A stretch of 64,000 nt of DNA from positions 1-64,000 of the IMG/VR virus record IMGVR_UViG_3300020577_007690. The stretch is one strand, 5' to 3'. Below are positions 54,550-63,030 of the stretch, piece after piece (position 1 is the first letter of the stretch; every line of letters begins with the position of its first letter). Both the position numbers and the translations under genes were made by a program. A model generated the notes under the pieces. It saw only the letters and a program-made list of their open reading frames with translations. It did not search any database and had not been told where the DNA came from. Origin of the DNA: a virus (Duplodnaviria > Caudoviricetes).

Positions 54550-55134
54550 CTAGTTGTGTGCGGCGGAGGACGCCACGATGTCGACGGCCATGTTCCACTG
54601 GATGTTCGTCGCCGCCTTGCCCGAGACGCGGACGGTCAGGATGCTGCCGCTCACCGAGAAGGCAGGATCGGAGACGACGCCGATCGTGTCGACGTCCGGC
54701 GTCGGCGTGAGGGGCATGCCGACGTCGATGACAGCCACACCGCCCTCATGGTACGCCGACAGCACGCGCTCGTAGCGGATGTGCCCAGCGGCGTCCTGGT
54801 CCTTCGCGGAGAAGATGAAGTGCCCCGAGAAGTGCGAGTTCTCCGGGAGCGTCCACGTCCAGATGACGTCGCCGCCAGCGCCCGTCGTCTCGATGGACGC
54901 CTGACGATAGTCGTCGAACGGATCGTAGTCGTCGAAGCCGTTCGCTGGGACCTTCGACAGCTCGATCGTCTCCAGCACCAGCTCGGCGGGCTTCTTGTTC
55001 AGGCCCCCAAGGAGCGTCAGGACAGCCGCGACCTCATCGCGCAGGTAGCCGATGACACCCGGCTTGAGCGCCTTGTTGTAGGGGCGCGGGAGCGTGAAGG
55101 GCTCTTTTCCGTTGTAGAAGAACTTGGTCGGCAT
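54550..55134 (-). CDS. Structural hypothetical protein
   Basis: Start moved to ATG 55134 (leaderless TATCAT-N6-ATG). Confidence 0.55.
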   Translation of the reverse strand: MPTKFFYNGKEPFTLPRPYNKALKPGVIGYLRDEVAAVLTLLGGLNKKPAELVLETIELSKVPANGFDDYDPFDDYRQASIETTGAGGDVIWTWTLPENSHFSGHFIFSAKDQDAAGHIRYERVLSAYHEGGVAVIDVGMPLTPTPDVDTIGVVSDPAFSVSGSILTVRVSGKAATNIQWNMAVDIVASSAAHN

Positions 55135-55229
55135 GAGCCGATGATAGGGGCAAATCGGCGAGAGATGCAAACGTTCAGTATTGATCTCGTCATTTACCGT
55201 CGGTACGGTTCGCACCGAAAGAGGGACAA

Positions 55230-55442
55230 GTGGTCAAAATACCTAGCTTCACCATCGCTGATGCAACCGGAACGGTCATCGACTTCGTGTCCCCTGACGA
55301 TGGAAGGCGCTACCAGATCACGGTCCGCCTGGCAGTCGTTTCGATAACGGATAACGGATCGCAGGTGGATATGAACAAGGACAGATTCAAGGTCGATGGG
55401 ATCGTGAATATGACGGTAGAGGCGAAGGCGAAGGGGTCCTAA
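55230..55442 (+). CDS. Small hypothetical protein, opposite strand
   Basis: 70 aa, GAGGG RBS before GTG. Confidence 0.45.
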   Translation: MVKIPSFTIADATGTVIDFVSPDDGRRYQITVRLAVVSITDNGSQVDMNKDRFKVDGIVNMTVEAKAKGS

Positions 55443-55678
55443 CAGCACTTCCCACGGAACTTGCTCTGCACCTCGTAGTAGGGGCACAGCAGACAATACT
55501 TGCGGCACGTCTGCATCTCGCACGTCGGATACTTGTTCGGGTACGGCTTGACCCAACTGTCGCAGTGCCAGATGTCGCTCATCATGTGGTCGCAACGAAT
55601 GCCCTGTGAGAGGGCGGGCGCCGCAAACACGGCGATGAGCGACAAGCAGAGCAAGGCGTCGCGCAAGAACGAACGCAT
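55439..55678 (-). CDS. Small secreted Cys-rich protein
   Basis: Signal peptide MRSFLRDALLCLSLIAVFAAPALSQ; eight Cys in the mature part; TGATG coupling. Confidence 0.55.
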   Translation of the reverse strand: MRSFLRDALLCLSLIAVFAAPALSQGIRCDHMMSDIWHCDSWVKPYPNKYPTCEMQTCRKYCLLCPYYEVQSKFRGKCC

Positions 55679-55959
55679 CACGGTTTCTTCGGCGGAGCGC
55701 GCTTGATCACGAGGAAGCGTTCGTCGAGAAGGTCCCCACGCTCGACGCTGAACTGGTAGCGCTCCTCCATCACCTTCAGCACCTCCATGCGGCGGGCTCG
55801 CGCCGGGGCGCACACGCGCTCCTCCTCCAGCACGGCACGCGCCAGAGCGTCGCTGTCAGCCTGCGAGAGGCGATCGGGCGGGGTAGGGGCGCCCGCCTTG
55901 GTTGGCGAGCAGGCCAGGGCGAGCAGAGCACCGAGGAAGAAGATCTGGAGCCGGCGCAT
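55678..55959 (-). CDS. Lipoprotein, 93 aa
   Basis: MRRLQIFFLGALLALAC lipobox; GGAGGAG RBS. Confidence 0.6.
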   Translation of the reverse strand: MRRLQIFFLGALLALACSPTKAGAPTPPDRLSQADSDALARAVLEEERVCAPARARRMEVLKVMEERYQFSVERGDLLDERFLVIKRAPPKKP

Positions 55960-56279
55960 CACTCCTCCTCCACGACGAGAGCGCGGGCGGCCTCCAGAGC
56001 GGTCACGGCGGCGTTGTAGCGGACGCTGACGGAGTCGCGCGTGGCCCGCAGCTCGACCAGCACGTCTTCCTGATCGAGCTTGAGGCGCGTCTTCGCCCGC
56101 TTGTCCTCGTCCGTGGCGGTGTCGCTCAGCTCCGCTACAGCCAGATCGGCGACCCGGGTCGCCAGGATGGCTTCCGCAGCGGCAACGCCAGTGTCCTGTT
56201 CGGTCAGCATGGCTTCCAGCACCGTCTTGCGACGGGCGGCGAGGTTGACAGCGGTGTTTTTCTCTCTCAGCGTGGGCAT
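55959..56279 (-). CDS. Coiled-coil hypothetical protein
   Basis: 106 aa, GGAGG RBS. Confidence 0.55.
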   Translation of the reverse strand: MPTLREKNTAVNLAARRKTVLEAMLTEQDTGVAAAEAILATRVADLAVAELSDTATDEDKRAKTRLKLDQEDVLVELRATRDSVSVRYNAAVTALEAARALVVEEE

Positions 56280-56333
56280 TCAGTACCTCCGCGAGCACTG
56301 TGCTTCAACGCGAAATGCCGTGTCAAGCGGTTG

Positions 56334-56666
56334 CTACGAGCAATGCCCTTTGACGCACGTCTGATCGACCTGGCATCGCGCGGCGCAGTTGCCGCAGTTG
56401 ATCGGATCGTTGAAGAAGTCGACGCAACGCCCCCCGCAGCACAGCCACTGCACTTCGTCGATGCGCGTGACGCCCAGATCGGGGTTGCCGACCACGCCGA
56501 AGTCGTAAACGTCGGTGCGGCACGGCCCGCAGCCGCCGCAGTTCTGCGAATCAGACGCGAGCGGACCGGCCGTTACCGGAACGCAGACTTGATCTGTAGG
56601 AGGAAGAGAGGCTGTGCAGGCAGAAGCAACGACCAGAGCGGGCGTCAGCTTGCGGAGAATGTGCAT
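56334..56666 (-). CDS. Cys-rich lipoprotein with myxobacterial-type DPxNCGxC repeats
   Basis: VVASAC lipobox; DSQNCGGC and CVDFFNDPINCGNCAARCQVDQTCVKGHC. Confidence 0.65.
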   Translation of the reverse strand: MHILRKLTPALVVASACTASLPPTDQVCVPVTAGPLASDSQNCGGCGPCRTDVYDFGVVGNPDLGVTRIDEVQWLCCGGRCVDFFNDPINCGNCAARCQVDQTCVKGHCS

Positions 56667-59113
56667 GTCAAACCAGCTCCATTGTTAGCACTCGCGTTCG
56701 TCACACCCTTCATGGAGACACGATCGCCAGCAACAACCGTGAACGTGTCCGACACGTTGTTACATGACGTGCCGGGATCGGTGATCGTGCATGCCGTAGC
56801 CTGATCTGAGCCGTTCTTGCGTACCGTCGAGACCAGTGTGCCAGCGCCGCCACCGCCTGGAGCGGTGCCCATGTAGCAGTACAGGTTGCGGATGGTCATC
56901 GCCTTCGTCGCGATGAACACCGGGTTCTCGCCCGCAGACCACGTCACGCCTACCGCGTTCAGGTAGCGCGTGGTGCCGGCGGCCAGCGCGCCTTCGGCGC
57001 CCGCAGTGAACACGCCAGAGACGATGCCGGTCAGACCCGAGCCGTCCCCGGAGATGGTGCTACCGAGCGACACAGCACCATCGAAGCGGGAGGTTCCGGC
57101 CTGCACCCAAAGCGCGTAGGCGTTCGTGATGGTGGCGTTCGTTCCAGCAGCGGGCGCGCCGCTGATCGCCACAGTGGCCGCGTTGGTCAGCGTGCTGGCG
57201 CCGACAAAGGCATAGGTCGCTGGCTGGAAGAGGTACTGCCGTTGCGTCGTGAGCGCGCCGGTCGCAAACTGCACCGTGCGGGTGCCGTTCCAGTTCCAAT
57301 CCGGCTTTTCCGTCGAAGCGGTCAGGGCGGTGTGCGCGCCGCCCGTGTAGATGTAGCCGTTCGCAGTGCCGCCGCTTACGGCGTTCTGCGTGAGGTTGAC
57401 GCGCGCCGACAGAATCGTGCCGGCGCCCTGCGGCATCGACCACGTACCCGTGGCATTCGAGCCGAAGAAGTAGCCGGTGCCCGCCTCGAAGCCAAACCCT
57501 TCGTTGGCCGAAACAAACACTTCGCCGCTCGTCCCAGATACGCGCAGCGACGTAGTTCCTCCGATCTGAAAATAGATGTCGCCGACGGTACTTGCCTGCC
57601 CTGTGTTGAGTACAATGTTGCCGCCATAGCTGGAGTACAGATTCAGGCTGAGGCCGGAGTAGACCGTCAAATTCGACGACACGCCCGACTGCACGGTGAT
57701 CCCGTTGCCACCGCTGACGGTCGTGGTCGAGTTGTTGGTCCCGATCTGGGTTGTCGATGTGCCGTACAGCGTCGCTGCCGTGCTGGAGATGGTGAGGCGC
57801 GAGTTGCTGTTGACGATAAAGCTGATCGATTTGCCAGAGGCGCCCGCGTAGTTCCAGGAGCCAGTGGGCATCGACGTGTCGCCGGTCCCACTCCCGAGCG
57901 ACAAGCCGCCCGTGCCCGCGGCCATCAACAGAGACTTGTTCGCTGCGAGCGTGGTCGTCTGGGCCAGCGTGATCGCCGTGGCCGTCGTCGTGCCGAGGGC
58001 CAACGTCCCCGCGCTTGGCGAATCAAGTAGCGGCGTCAGCAGCGAAGTCGAGCCCGTGAGCGTCGTCACCGATGGCGTCGCGCTGTACGCCGGAGCGACA
58101 CCGACCCCGCCGGAAGTGAGCACCTGGCCCGTCGCCACGTCCGGCAGTCGCGCCCAGGCGGTCGTGCTGCTCGCGTAGAGCAGGTCCCCGACCGCCTGCG
58201 AGGCGATGAGCAGCTTGTCGGCAGCGAGCTGGTCGGAGGTGATCAGCACGTTGCTGCCCACCGTGAACGTCTTGCCCGTCGACAGACTCGTGCTCTGCCT
58301 GAGCACGATCGATGTCGCGGTCGTCGTCCCGATGTTGAGCGCGCCCGCCGAGACCGCATCGAGCAGTGGTGCCAGCACGCTCGTATTGCCGGTGACGGTC
58401 GTTCCTGTCACCGCGGCGGGCGTGCTGCTACCGAGTGCAGACGGACTCGCCCAGTTGATGCGCGCGTTGTCGAACGTGCCGGTGGTGATATCCGACGCGG
58501 ACGGCATTGCATGGACGTGATCGGCGCGGGAGGCGTCCCCACTGCTACCTGACGCGGCGACGCCGAGAGCAGACGGCGTCGCGTCACTGAGCGCGGGACC
58601 GCTGCCACCGCCAGCACCAGGCTCGATAGAGCCGAGGCCAGCAGACGGTCCAGAGACCTCGTCGATGGCGACGTACGCGGTCGTCCCCGCCGACTTGTAG
58701 ACGTGCCAGTGCCTGTTGCCGCGCTTGGTGATGTAGCGGCACAGGGTCAGAGCAGTCGTGACCGTGCAGTCCGATCCATGGATGACCCAGCGAGAGTCGT
58801 CGCGGTAGTATTCGATCAGGTTGAGCGTTGCCGTGGACGACCCGGTGCGCGCGTAGATGTCAATCCGCACCGTGTCGGCGTAGAGGCCGCCAGCCACGTT
58901 GCAGGAACCGCCCAGCGCCTCGGGGCAGTTGCTTGACGACTGCGAGAGGGACGCGATGGGCGTCAGCGTGACGGCGCTGACAGCCACCTTGTCGACCTTC
59001 TCTTGTGTGGTCGGCGCCTGGACGACCATCACCGGGCGCAGGTTGTTGGTCAGCGCGACCAGCGAAAGAGCAGAGACCGCGAGTAGCGCGATCCACTTCG
59101 AAGAGATTCTCAT
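56645..59113 (-). CDS. Large Ser/Thr/Gly/Ala-rich fibre/adhesin-like protein with an apparent signal peptide, 822 aa
   Basis: GGGAG RBS before MRISSKWIALLAVSALSLVALT; ASRADHVHAMP fibre motif; repetitive beta-strand-like composition. Confidence 0.65.
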   Translation of the reverse strand: MRISSKWIALLAVSALSLVALTNNLRPVMVVQAPTTQEKVDKVAVSAVTLTPIASLSQSSSNCPEALGGSCNVAGGLYADTVRIDIYARTGSSTATLNLIEYYRDDSRWVIHGSDCTVTTALTLCRYITKRGNRHWHVYKSAGTTAYVAIDEVSGPSAGLGSIEPGAGGGSGPALSDATPSALGVAASGSSGDASRADHVHAMPSASDITTGTFDNARINWASPSALGSSTPAAVTGTTVTGNTSVLAPLLDAVSAGALNIGTTTATSIVLRQSTSLSTGKTFTVGSNVLITSDQLAADKLLIASQAVGDLLYASSTTAWARLPDVATGQVLTSGGVGVAPAYSATPSVTTLTGSTSLLTPLLDSPSAGTLALGTTTATAITLAQTTTLAANKSLLMAAGTGGLSLGSGTGDTSMPTGSWNYAGASGKSISFIVNSNSRLTISSTAATLYGTSTTQIGTNNSTTTVSGGNGITVQSGVSSNLTVYSGLSLNLYSSYGGNIVLNTGQASTVGDIYFQIGGTTSLRVSGTSGEVFVSANEGFGFEAGTGYFFGSNATGTWSMPQGAGTILSARVNLTQNAVSGGTANGYIYTGGAHTALTASTEKPDWNWNGTRTVQFATGALTTQRQYLFQPATYAFVGASTLTNAATVAISGAPAAGTNATITNAYALWVQAGTSRFDGAVSLGSTISGDGSGLTGIVSGVFTAGAEGALAAGTTRYLNAVGVTWSAGENPVFIATKAMTIRNLYCYMGTAPGGGGAGTLVSTVRKNGSDQATACTITDPGTSCNNVSDTFTVVAGDRVSMKGVTNASANNGAGLTCTFSAS

Positions 59114-59262
59114 CGGGGGTCTCCCTTGCCGTTGCTCTTGCGGAGCGTGAGCGTCGCCGTGATGCACAAGCCCACGTTGACCACGTCCTTCTGATAGGCG
59201 AAGTACGCGGCCAACACCAAGAGGGCGATGGTGATGGCGAAGTTCTGTTGGCGCGTGGTCAT
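59110..59262 (-). CDS. Small membrane protein, holin-like (weak)
   Basis: 50 aa, two hydrophobic segments and a basic C-terminus; ATGA coupling. Confidence 0.4.
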   Translation of the reverse strand: MTTRQQNFAITIALLVLAAYFAYQKDVVNVGLCITATLTLRKSNGKGDPR

Positions 59263-59624
59263 AGGCGCGACCCGTCGAGCGACAGCGCCACGTCCCCATC
59301 GCCGGAGGTGCGAAGGAAGGCGTAGTACGTCTCGATGCCGAGCAGATCCTTGTAGACGTGGCTGAATCGACCGTCGTCGATCGTGGGGTCCGCGCTGATC
59401 GCGACGTCGTTGTGGAAGAACCACAGCTTGTGCGACGCGGACCAGTAGATCAGGCGCCCGCTCATCGGATCGTTGCTGACGACACCGTTGAGCTGAATCG
59501 ACGCGCAGCTCAACGGGCGGCAGTATTTCGTCATTGCCTGGTTGGTCGGAGCGAGCGTCGGAAGCGCGCCGATCGCGAGACCCGCCTCCGGCACGTTCTC
59601 ATTCATCATGATCGTCAGAGCCAT
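59259..59624 (-). CDS. Hypothetical protein
   Basis: 121 aa, GAGG RBS. Confidence 0.55.
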   Translation of the reverse strand: MALTIMMNENVPEAGLAIGALPTLAPTNQAMTKYCRPLSCASIQLNGVVSNDPMSGRLIYWSASHKLWFFHNDVAISADPTIDDGRFSHVYKDLLGIETYYAFLRTSGDGDVALSLDGSRL

Positions 59625-59632
59625 TTACGTCC

Positions 59633-60670
59633 TCACTTCTTGCCCGGCTTCTTGGCGGGCGGCTTCTTGGACTTGGTTCCGGCTTCCGGCGCCGGGTCTT
59701 TGAGCTGCGCCGCCCCTTCTTCGAGCTTGCGTGCTCTGGCGAGCTGCTTGATCGCGTTCTTGGTGTCGCCCGACTCCATGAACAGCTCAGCGTACTCGTG
59801 GCTCTCCGCCGCCTTCGCCATGCGGAGGTAGTGCTCAGCCGCCTTGCCCTTGCCCTTGGCAAGAGCCTCCTTGGCGCCTTCCTCGAAGTAGAGACGGCGC
59901 CGTCCGTGGTTGACGCCAGCGGGCATCTTCCCTTGGAGCACGGCCTGCTTGTCCGCCTCGCGCTTCGCACCCTCGCGCTTCTTCATCTCGCGCGCGTTGG
60001 CGTCCTTGTAGGCGCTGACCGCCTTGCCAGGTGCGCTCTTGATCGCGTCGACAGCCTTACCGGGCGCAGCCTTCAGACCTTCCTTCAGGCGAGAGCCGAG
60101 TGACTTGGCTCCGTGCTTCACCTGGGCGACCTTGAGGCGGGCGTCGAAGGAAGCGGTCTGCTTGGCCTGCGCCATCTTCAGCCGCGCGCCGAAGGATGCG
60201 TTGCGCCCCGCATCCTTGATCTTGGAGCCGATCGACTGCATGCCAGCCTTGAGGCGAGCGCCGAGCGACTTCTTGTTGACGGTGTTCTCCGTCGGCTTCT
60301 CGGCAGGCTGCGGCTTCTGCCCGTGCGCCGCCGCGTTCACCATGCCTTCGTTCTGGACCTTGACGCCGCCCGTGTGGACCTTGTTGATCGGCGCGATGCT
60401 GTTGATCGCGCCAGGCGCAGGCTTGGTGACGGCTGGCGCGGGCACAGCGCCAGGGTTCCGCTTGGCGAGGAAGTTCTGCGTGACAGACGGCGTGCCCTGG
60501 CGCTTGGCGAGGAAGTTCTTCGCCGCGGACGGAACAGTAGTGGTGCGCGGGCTCGGCTTCTTGCCGTAGCGCACCACGCCAGCCTCCGTCTTGTAGAAGT
60601 TGTGCGAGCCGCGAGCGCCAGGGTTCTGCACCCCCTTGGCTCCGCCTACCTTCATCGCCGAGCCACGCAT
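59633..60670 (-). CDS. Lys/Ala-rich, very basic protein with short internal repeats, 345 aa
   Basis: NFLAKR x2 and S(L/F)(G/D)(A/S)RLK x4; TGATG-coupled start at 60670. Confidence 0.6.
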   Translation of the reverse strand: MRGSAMKVGGAKGVQNPGARGSHNFYKTEAGVVRYGKKPSPRTTTVPSAAKNFLAKRQGTPSVTQNFLAKRNPGAVPAPAVTKPAPGAINSIAPINKVHTGGVKVQNEGMVNAAAHGQKPQPAEKPTENTVNKKSLGARLKAGMQSIGSKIKDAGRNASFGARLKMAQAKQTASFDARLKVAQVKHGAKSLGSRLKEGLKAAPGKAVDAIKSAPGKAVSAYKDANAREMKKREGAKREADKQAVLQGKMPAGVNHGRRRLYFEEGAKEALAKGKGKAAEHYLRMAKAAESHEYAELFMESGDTKNAIKQLARARKLEEGAAQLKDPAPEAGTKSKKPPAKKPGKK

Positions 60671-61119
60671 CAGACCCTCGACTCGAAGTTGCCCAGGTAC
60701 TCGCGCTCGAAGGACTTGCGCGCCATCGACACGATCTTCTGCACCGCGACGCCGCGATCCCACTGCACGTACGCCGCGGAGCTGAGCTTGCGCTGCTCCT
60801 CCGCGACGAGCAGCTCGGTGGGCTTCTGGCAGCGGATGCAGCCGAAGATGGAGCGGATGAAGTGGTACTTCGCACCCATCTTGGCGTGGTTGAAGGTGCG
60901 GACCGGGCCGCCGTAGTTACCCAGGATCAGCCCGAGCGGGTCCTGGCGGCGGATCACATCCTGCGGGAGGTAGATGCGCGCCTCCAGCGCGATCGGCCCG
61001 TTGCCGCAGAGCGTGCAGGGCGTGTTACCCCACACGATGCGGCGGTGCATCTCCTGTGGCGTCTCGCGCTCGAAGAGCTTGCCGGACGGCGCCATTCCGT
61101 AGTGCGGGTTCGTTCTCAT
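60670..61119 (-). CDS. Zinc-finger hypothetical protein
   Basis: CTLC...CIRC; GAGGAG RBS. Confidence 0.55.
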   Translation of the reverse strand: MRTNPHYGMAPSGKLFERETPQEMHRRIVWGNTPCTLCGNGPIALEARIYLPQDVIRRQDPLGLILGNYGGPVRTFNHAKMGAKYHFIRSIFGCIRCQKPTELLVAEEQRKLSSAAYVQWDRGVAVQKIVSMARKSFEREYLGNFESRV

Positions 61120-61122
61120 CGT

Positions 61123-62907
61123 TCACTCCTCAAAATCGAGATCGTCGTCTTCATCTTCGGGCTCTTCTTCATCTTCGAGCGCTTCATCGTCGATGTCGGG
61201 CGGAGCTGCCCCCGCTGCGTTCTGCGCCGCCTGCTGCTCCTGCTCTTGCTGCTGCGCCTCCGCCATCTTCTGCTCGATCTCTTCGATGGTGCGCTGCGGG
61301 TCCTCATCGTCGAAGTAGCGAGCGCACTTGCGCACCGCCTTCTCCAGCGTCGTGACCTGCGGGCCGCCACCAGCACCAAGCGCTGTGGTCGCCATCGTGA
61401 CCACCATGCTCCCCTCCTCGACGGACGTCTCGTCGAGTGGCGGCCACTCCAGCTTGATGTACGGCGGGCGCCCGGTGTCGGGCGGTAGCACGCGATCTTC
61501 CACGTTCGTCTCATCGGCGGAGATGCGATCGACCTTCGGCGGCAGGATGATCTGCGGCAGATACGCCTCGCCTGTCTCCGGGTCCGTCTTCTCCGTCGTC
61601 TCGACAAGGCGGATGACCTTGATCATGATATTGATGAGGCGCTTGACGCCGTACTCGCCCCATCGCTCGCGGAGCGTGCCGAGCTTCTTCCACATCGGCG
61701 CGTAGCGCTTGCGGATCTCGGTCGCCGTCTTCTCCCCTGCGGCGGCCTGGTCCTGATCGAGCACGCACGCCGTGACTTCGAGGAACTGCCCGCGTAGCTG
61801 CTTCGCCATCTCAGCGGCGGTCTTCGGACCTTCGAGCGCCGTCTCCAGGTAGCGCGCGTCGCCGGTCGGGTCCTTCTCAAACTTGATGGCGTTGCGTGAA
61901 CCCTTCTTCAGCTTCGCCGGGATCTTGTTGTCCGACTTGAGGATGAGCGTCGGATCGCAGTTGTAGAGCGTCCCGTCGATGGACGCGCTCTGCAACTCGT
62001 CGATGCGCCGCGCCATGTTGTAAGTGCTCTGCGGCCCGATGTCCGTCTCGCCGTAGATGTCGCCTGGCTGTGGCGGCGGCAGGTTGATGATCCACACACC
62101 CGGGAAGAAGCCGTAGCCGTGCTCGACCTGCTCCTTGATCTCCCACTCTGGCTCGCGCCCCTTCTCATCCACCGGAGCAGGCTCGAAGTAGGTGTCCTTC
62201 TGCTCGTCAAGGATGCGACGATGCCAGAAGGGTACCGTGACGAACTCCCCCGGCTTCTTCTCGATCTCGACCGGGAAGATGAAGCGCTCCTCGATGGAGG
62301 ACAGGATGAGGCGCTCGCGGTCCTTGAACGTGGGCGTCGTCCACCGAGGGTCGTGGTAGTCGATCACCGGCTCACCTTCGAGGATCTTGAACGACAGGCA
62401 GCACGCACCCATCGCGCCGCCTTGGCTGCGTGCCTCGCTCATCACCGCCCAGAAGCGAGAGGCTTCCAGTACCCCGGCGATGTAGTCCTCCAACGGATCG
62501 TCACCGAGCACCTGGACCCTCGGGTGCATCCCCTCGCCGAACAGGTGCGCCGTGAACGTGTCGATGACGCGCCGCGGAAGGTGGTACTCGCACATGGGGC
62601 GGCGCAGCTTGAACGGCGTCTCGTCGCTGCGGCTGTTGTCGGTGAAGCCGGGCGCCATGAAGTTGCCCGCCGTCACCGCCTCCTGCGCGGCTGGCGTCAG
62701 GTGCGGCGTGCCGTCCCAGTCCACGGTCTGCGTGTCGTACTGGACACCGTTGTACCAGGCGAGCAGCCAGTTCAGCTCCTGCTGCCTCGGGGACATGCCG
62801 AGACGCCTGATGTTGCGGGGGTCGTACCTCGACCCGCTCATCGACGAGCCGAGCTGGCCGAGCAGCTTGAAGATTTTGGAAGACGCCTCGGCGTCGCGAA
62901 CGGGCAT
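61123..62907 (-). CDS. Portal protein
   Basis: 594 aa right after the terminase gene, SPP1-like layout with an acidic tail; leaderless TATCCT-N6-ATG. Confidence 0.8.
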   Translation of the reverse strand: MPVRDAEASSKIFKLLGQLGSSMSGSRYDPRNIRRLGMSPRQQELNWLLAWYNGVQYDTQTVDWDGTPHLTPAAQEAVTAGNFMAPGFTDNSRSDETPFKLRRPMCEYHLPRRVIDTFTAHLFGEGMHPRVQVLGDDPLEDYIAGVLEASRFWAVMSEARSQGGAMGACCLSFKILEGEPVIDYHDPRWTTPTFKDRERLILSSIEERFIFPVEIEKKPGEFVTVPFWHRRILDEQKDTYFEPAPVDEKGREPEWEIKEQVEHGYGFFPGVWIINLPPPQPGDIYGETDIGPQSTYNMARRIDELQSASIDGTLYNCDPTLILKSDNKIPAKLKKGSRNAIKFEKDPTGDARYLETALEGPKTAAEMAKQLRGQFLEVTACVLDQDQAAAGEKTATEIRKRYAPMWKKLGTLRERWGEYGVKRLINIMIKVIRLVETTEKTDPETGEAYLPQIILPPKVDRISADETNVEDRVLPPDTGRPPYIKLEWPPLDETSVEEGSMVVTMATTALGAGGGPQVTTLEKAVRKCARYFDDEDPQRTIEEIEQKMAEAQQQEQEQQAAQNAAGAAPPDIDDEALEDEEEPEDEDDDLDFEE

Positions 62908-63030
62908 GGGGCCAGGATAACATGGGCGCGGACGTTCAGTGTTGCGCTCCGTCGCCTACATTGCTACCTTCTCCCTGCGCTCGCGGCACGGTCCTCCTGC
63001 CTGCTTCTTCATGCCGCCGCCGCGGGCGCG

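Noticed and set aside
55161-62943. Half-sites ACGTTCAG/CTGAACGT near 1883, 55161 and 62932 as further copies of the operator
   Set aside because: Only 8 bp match, and spacing to the nearby -10 boxes is inconsistent; not counted
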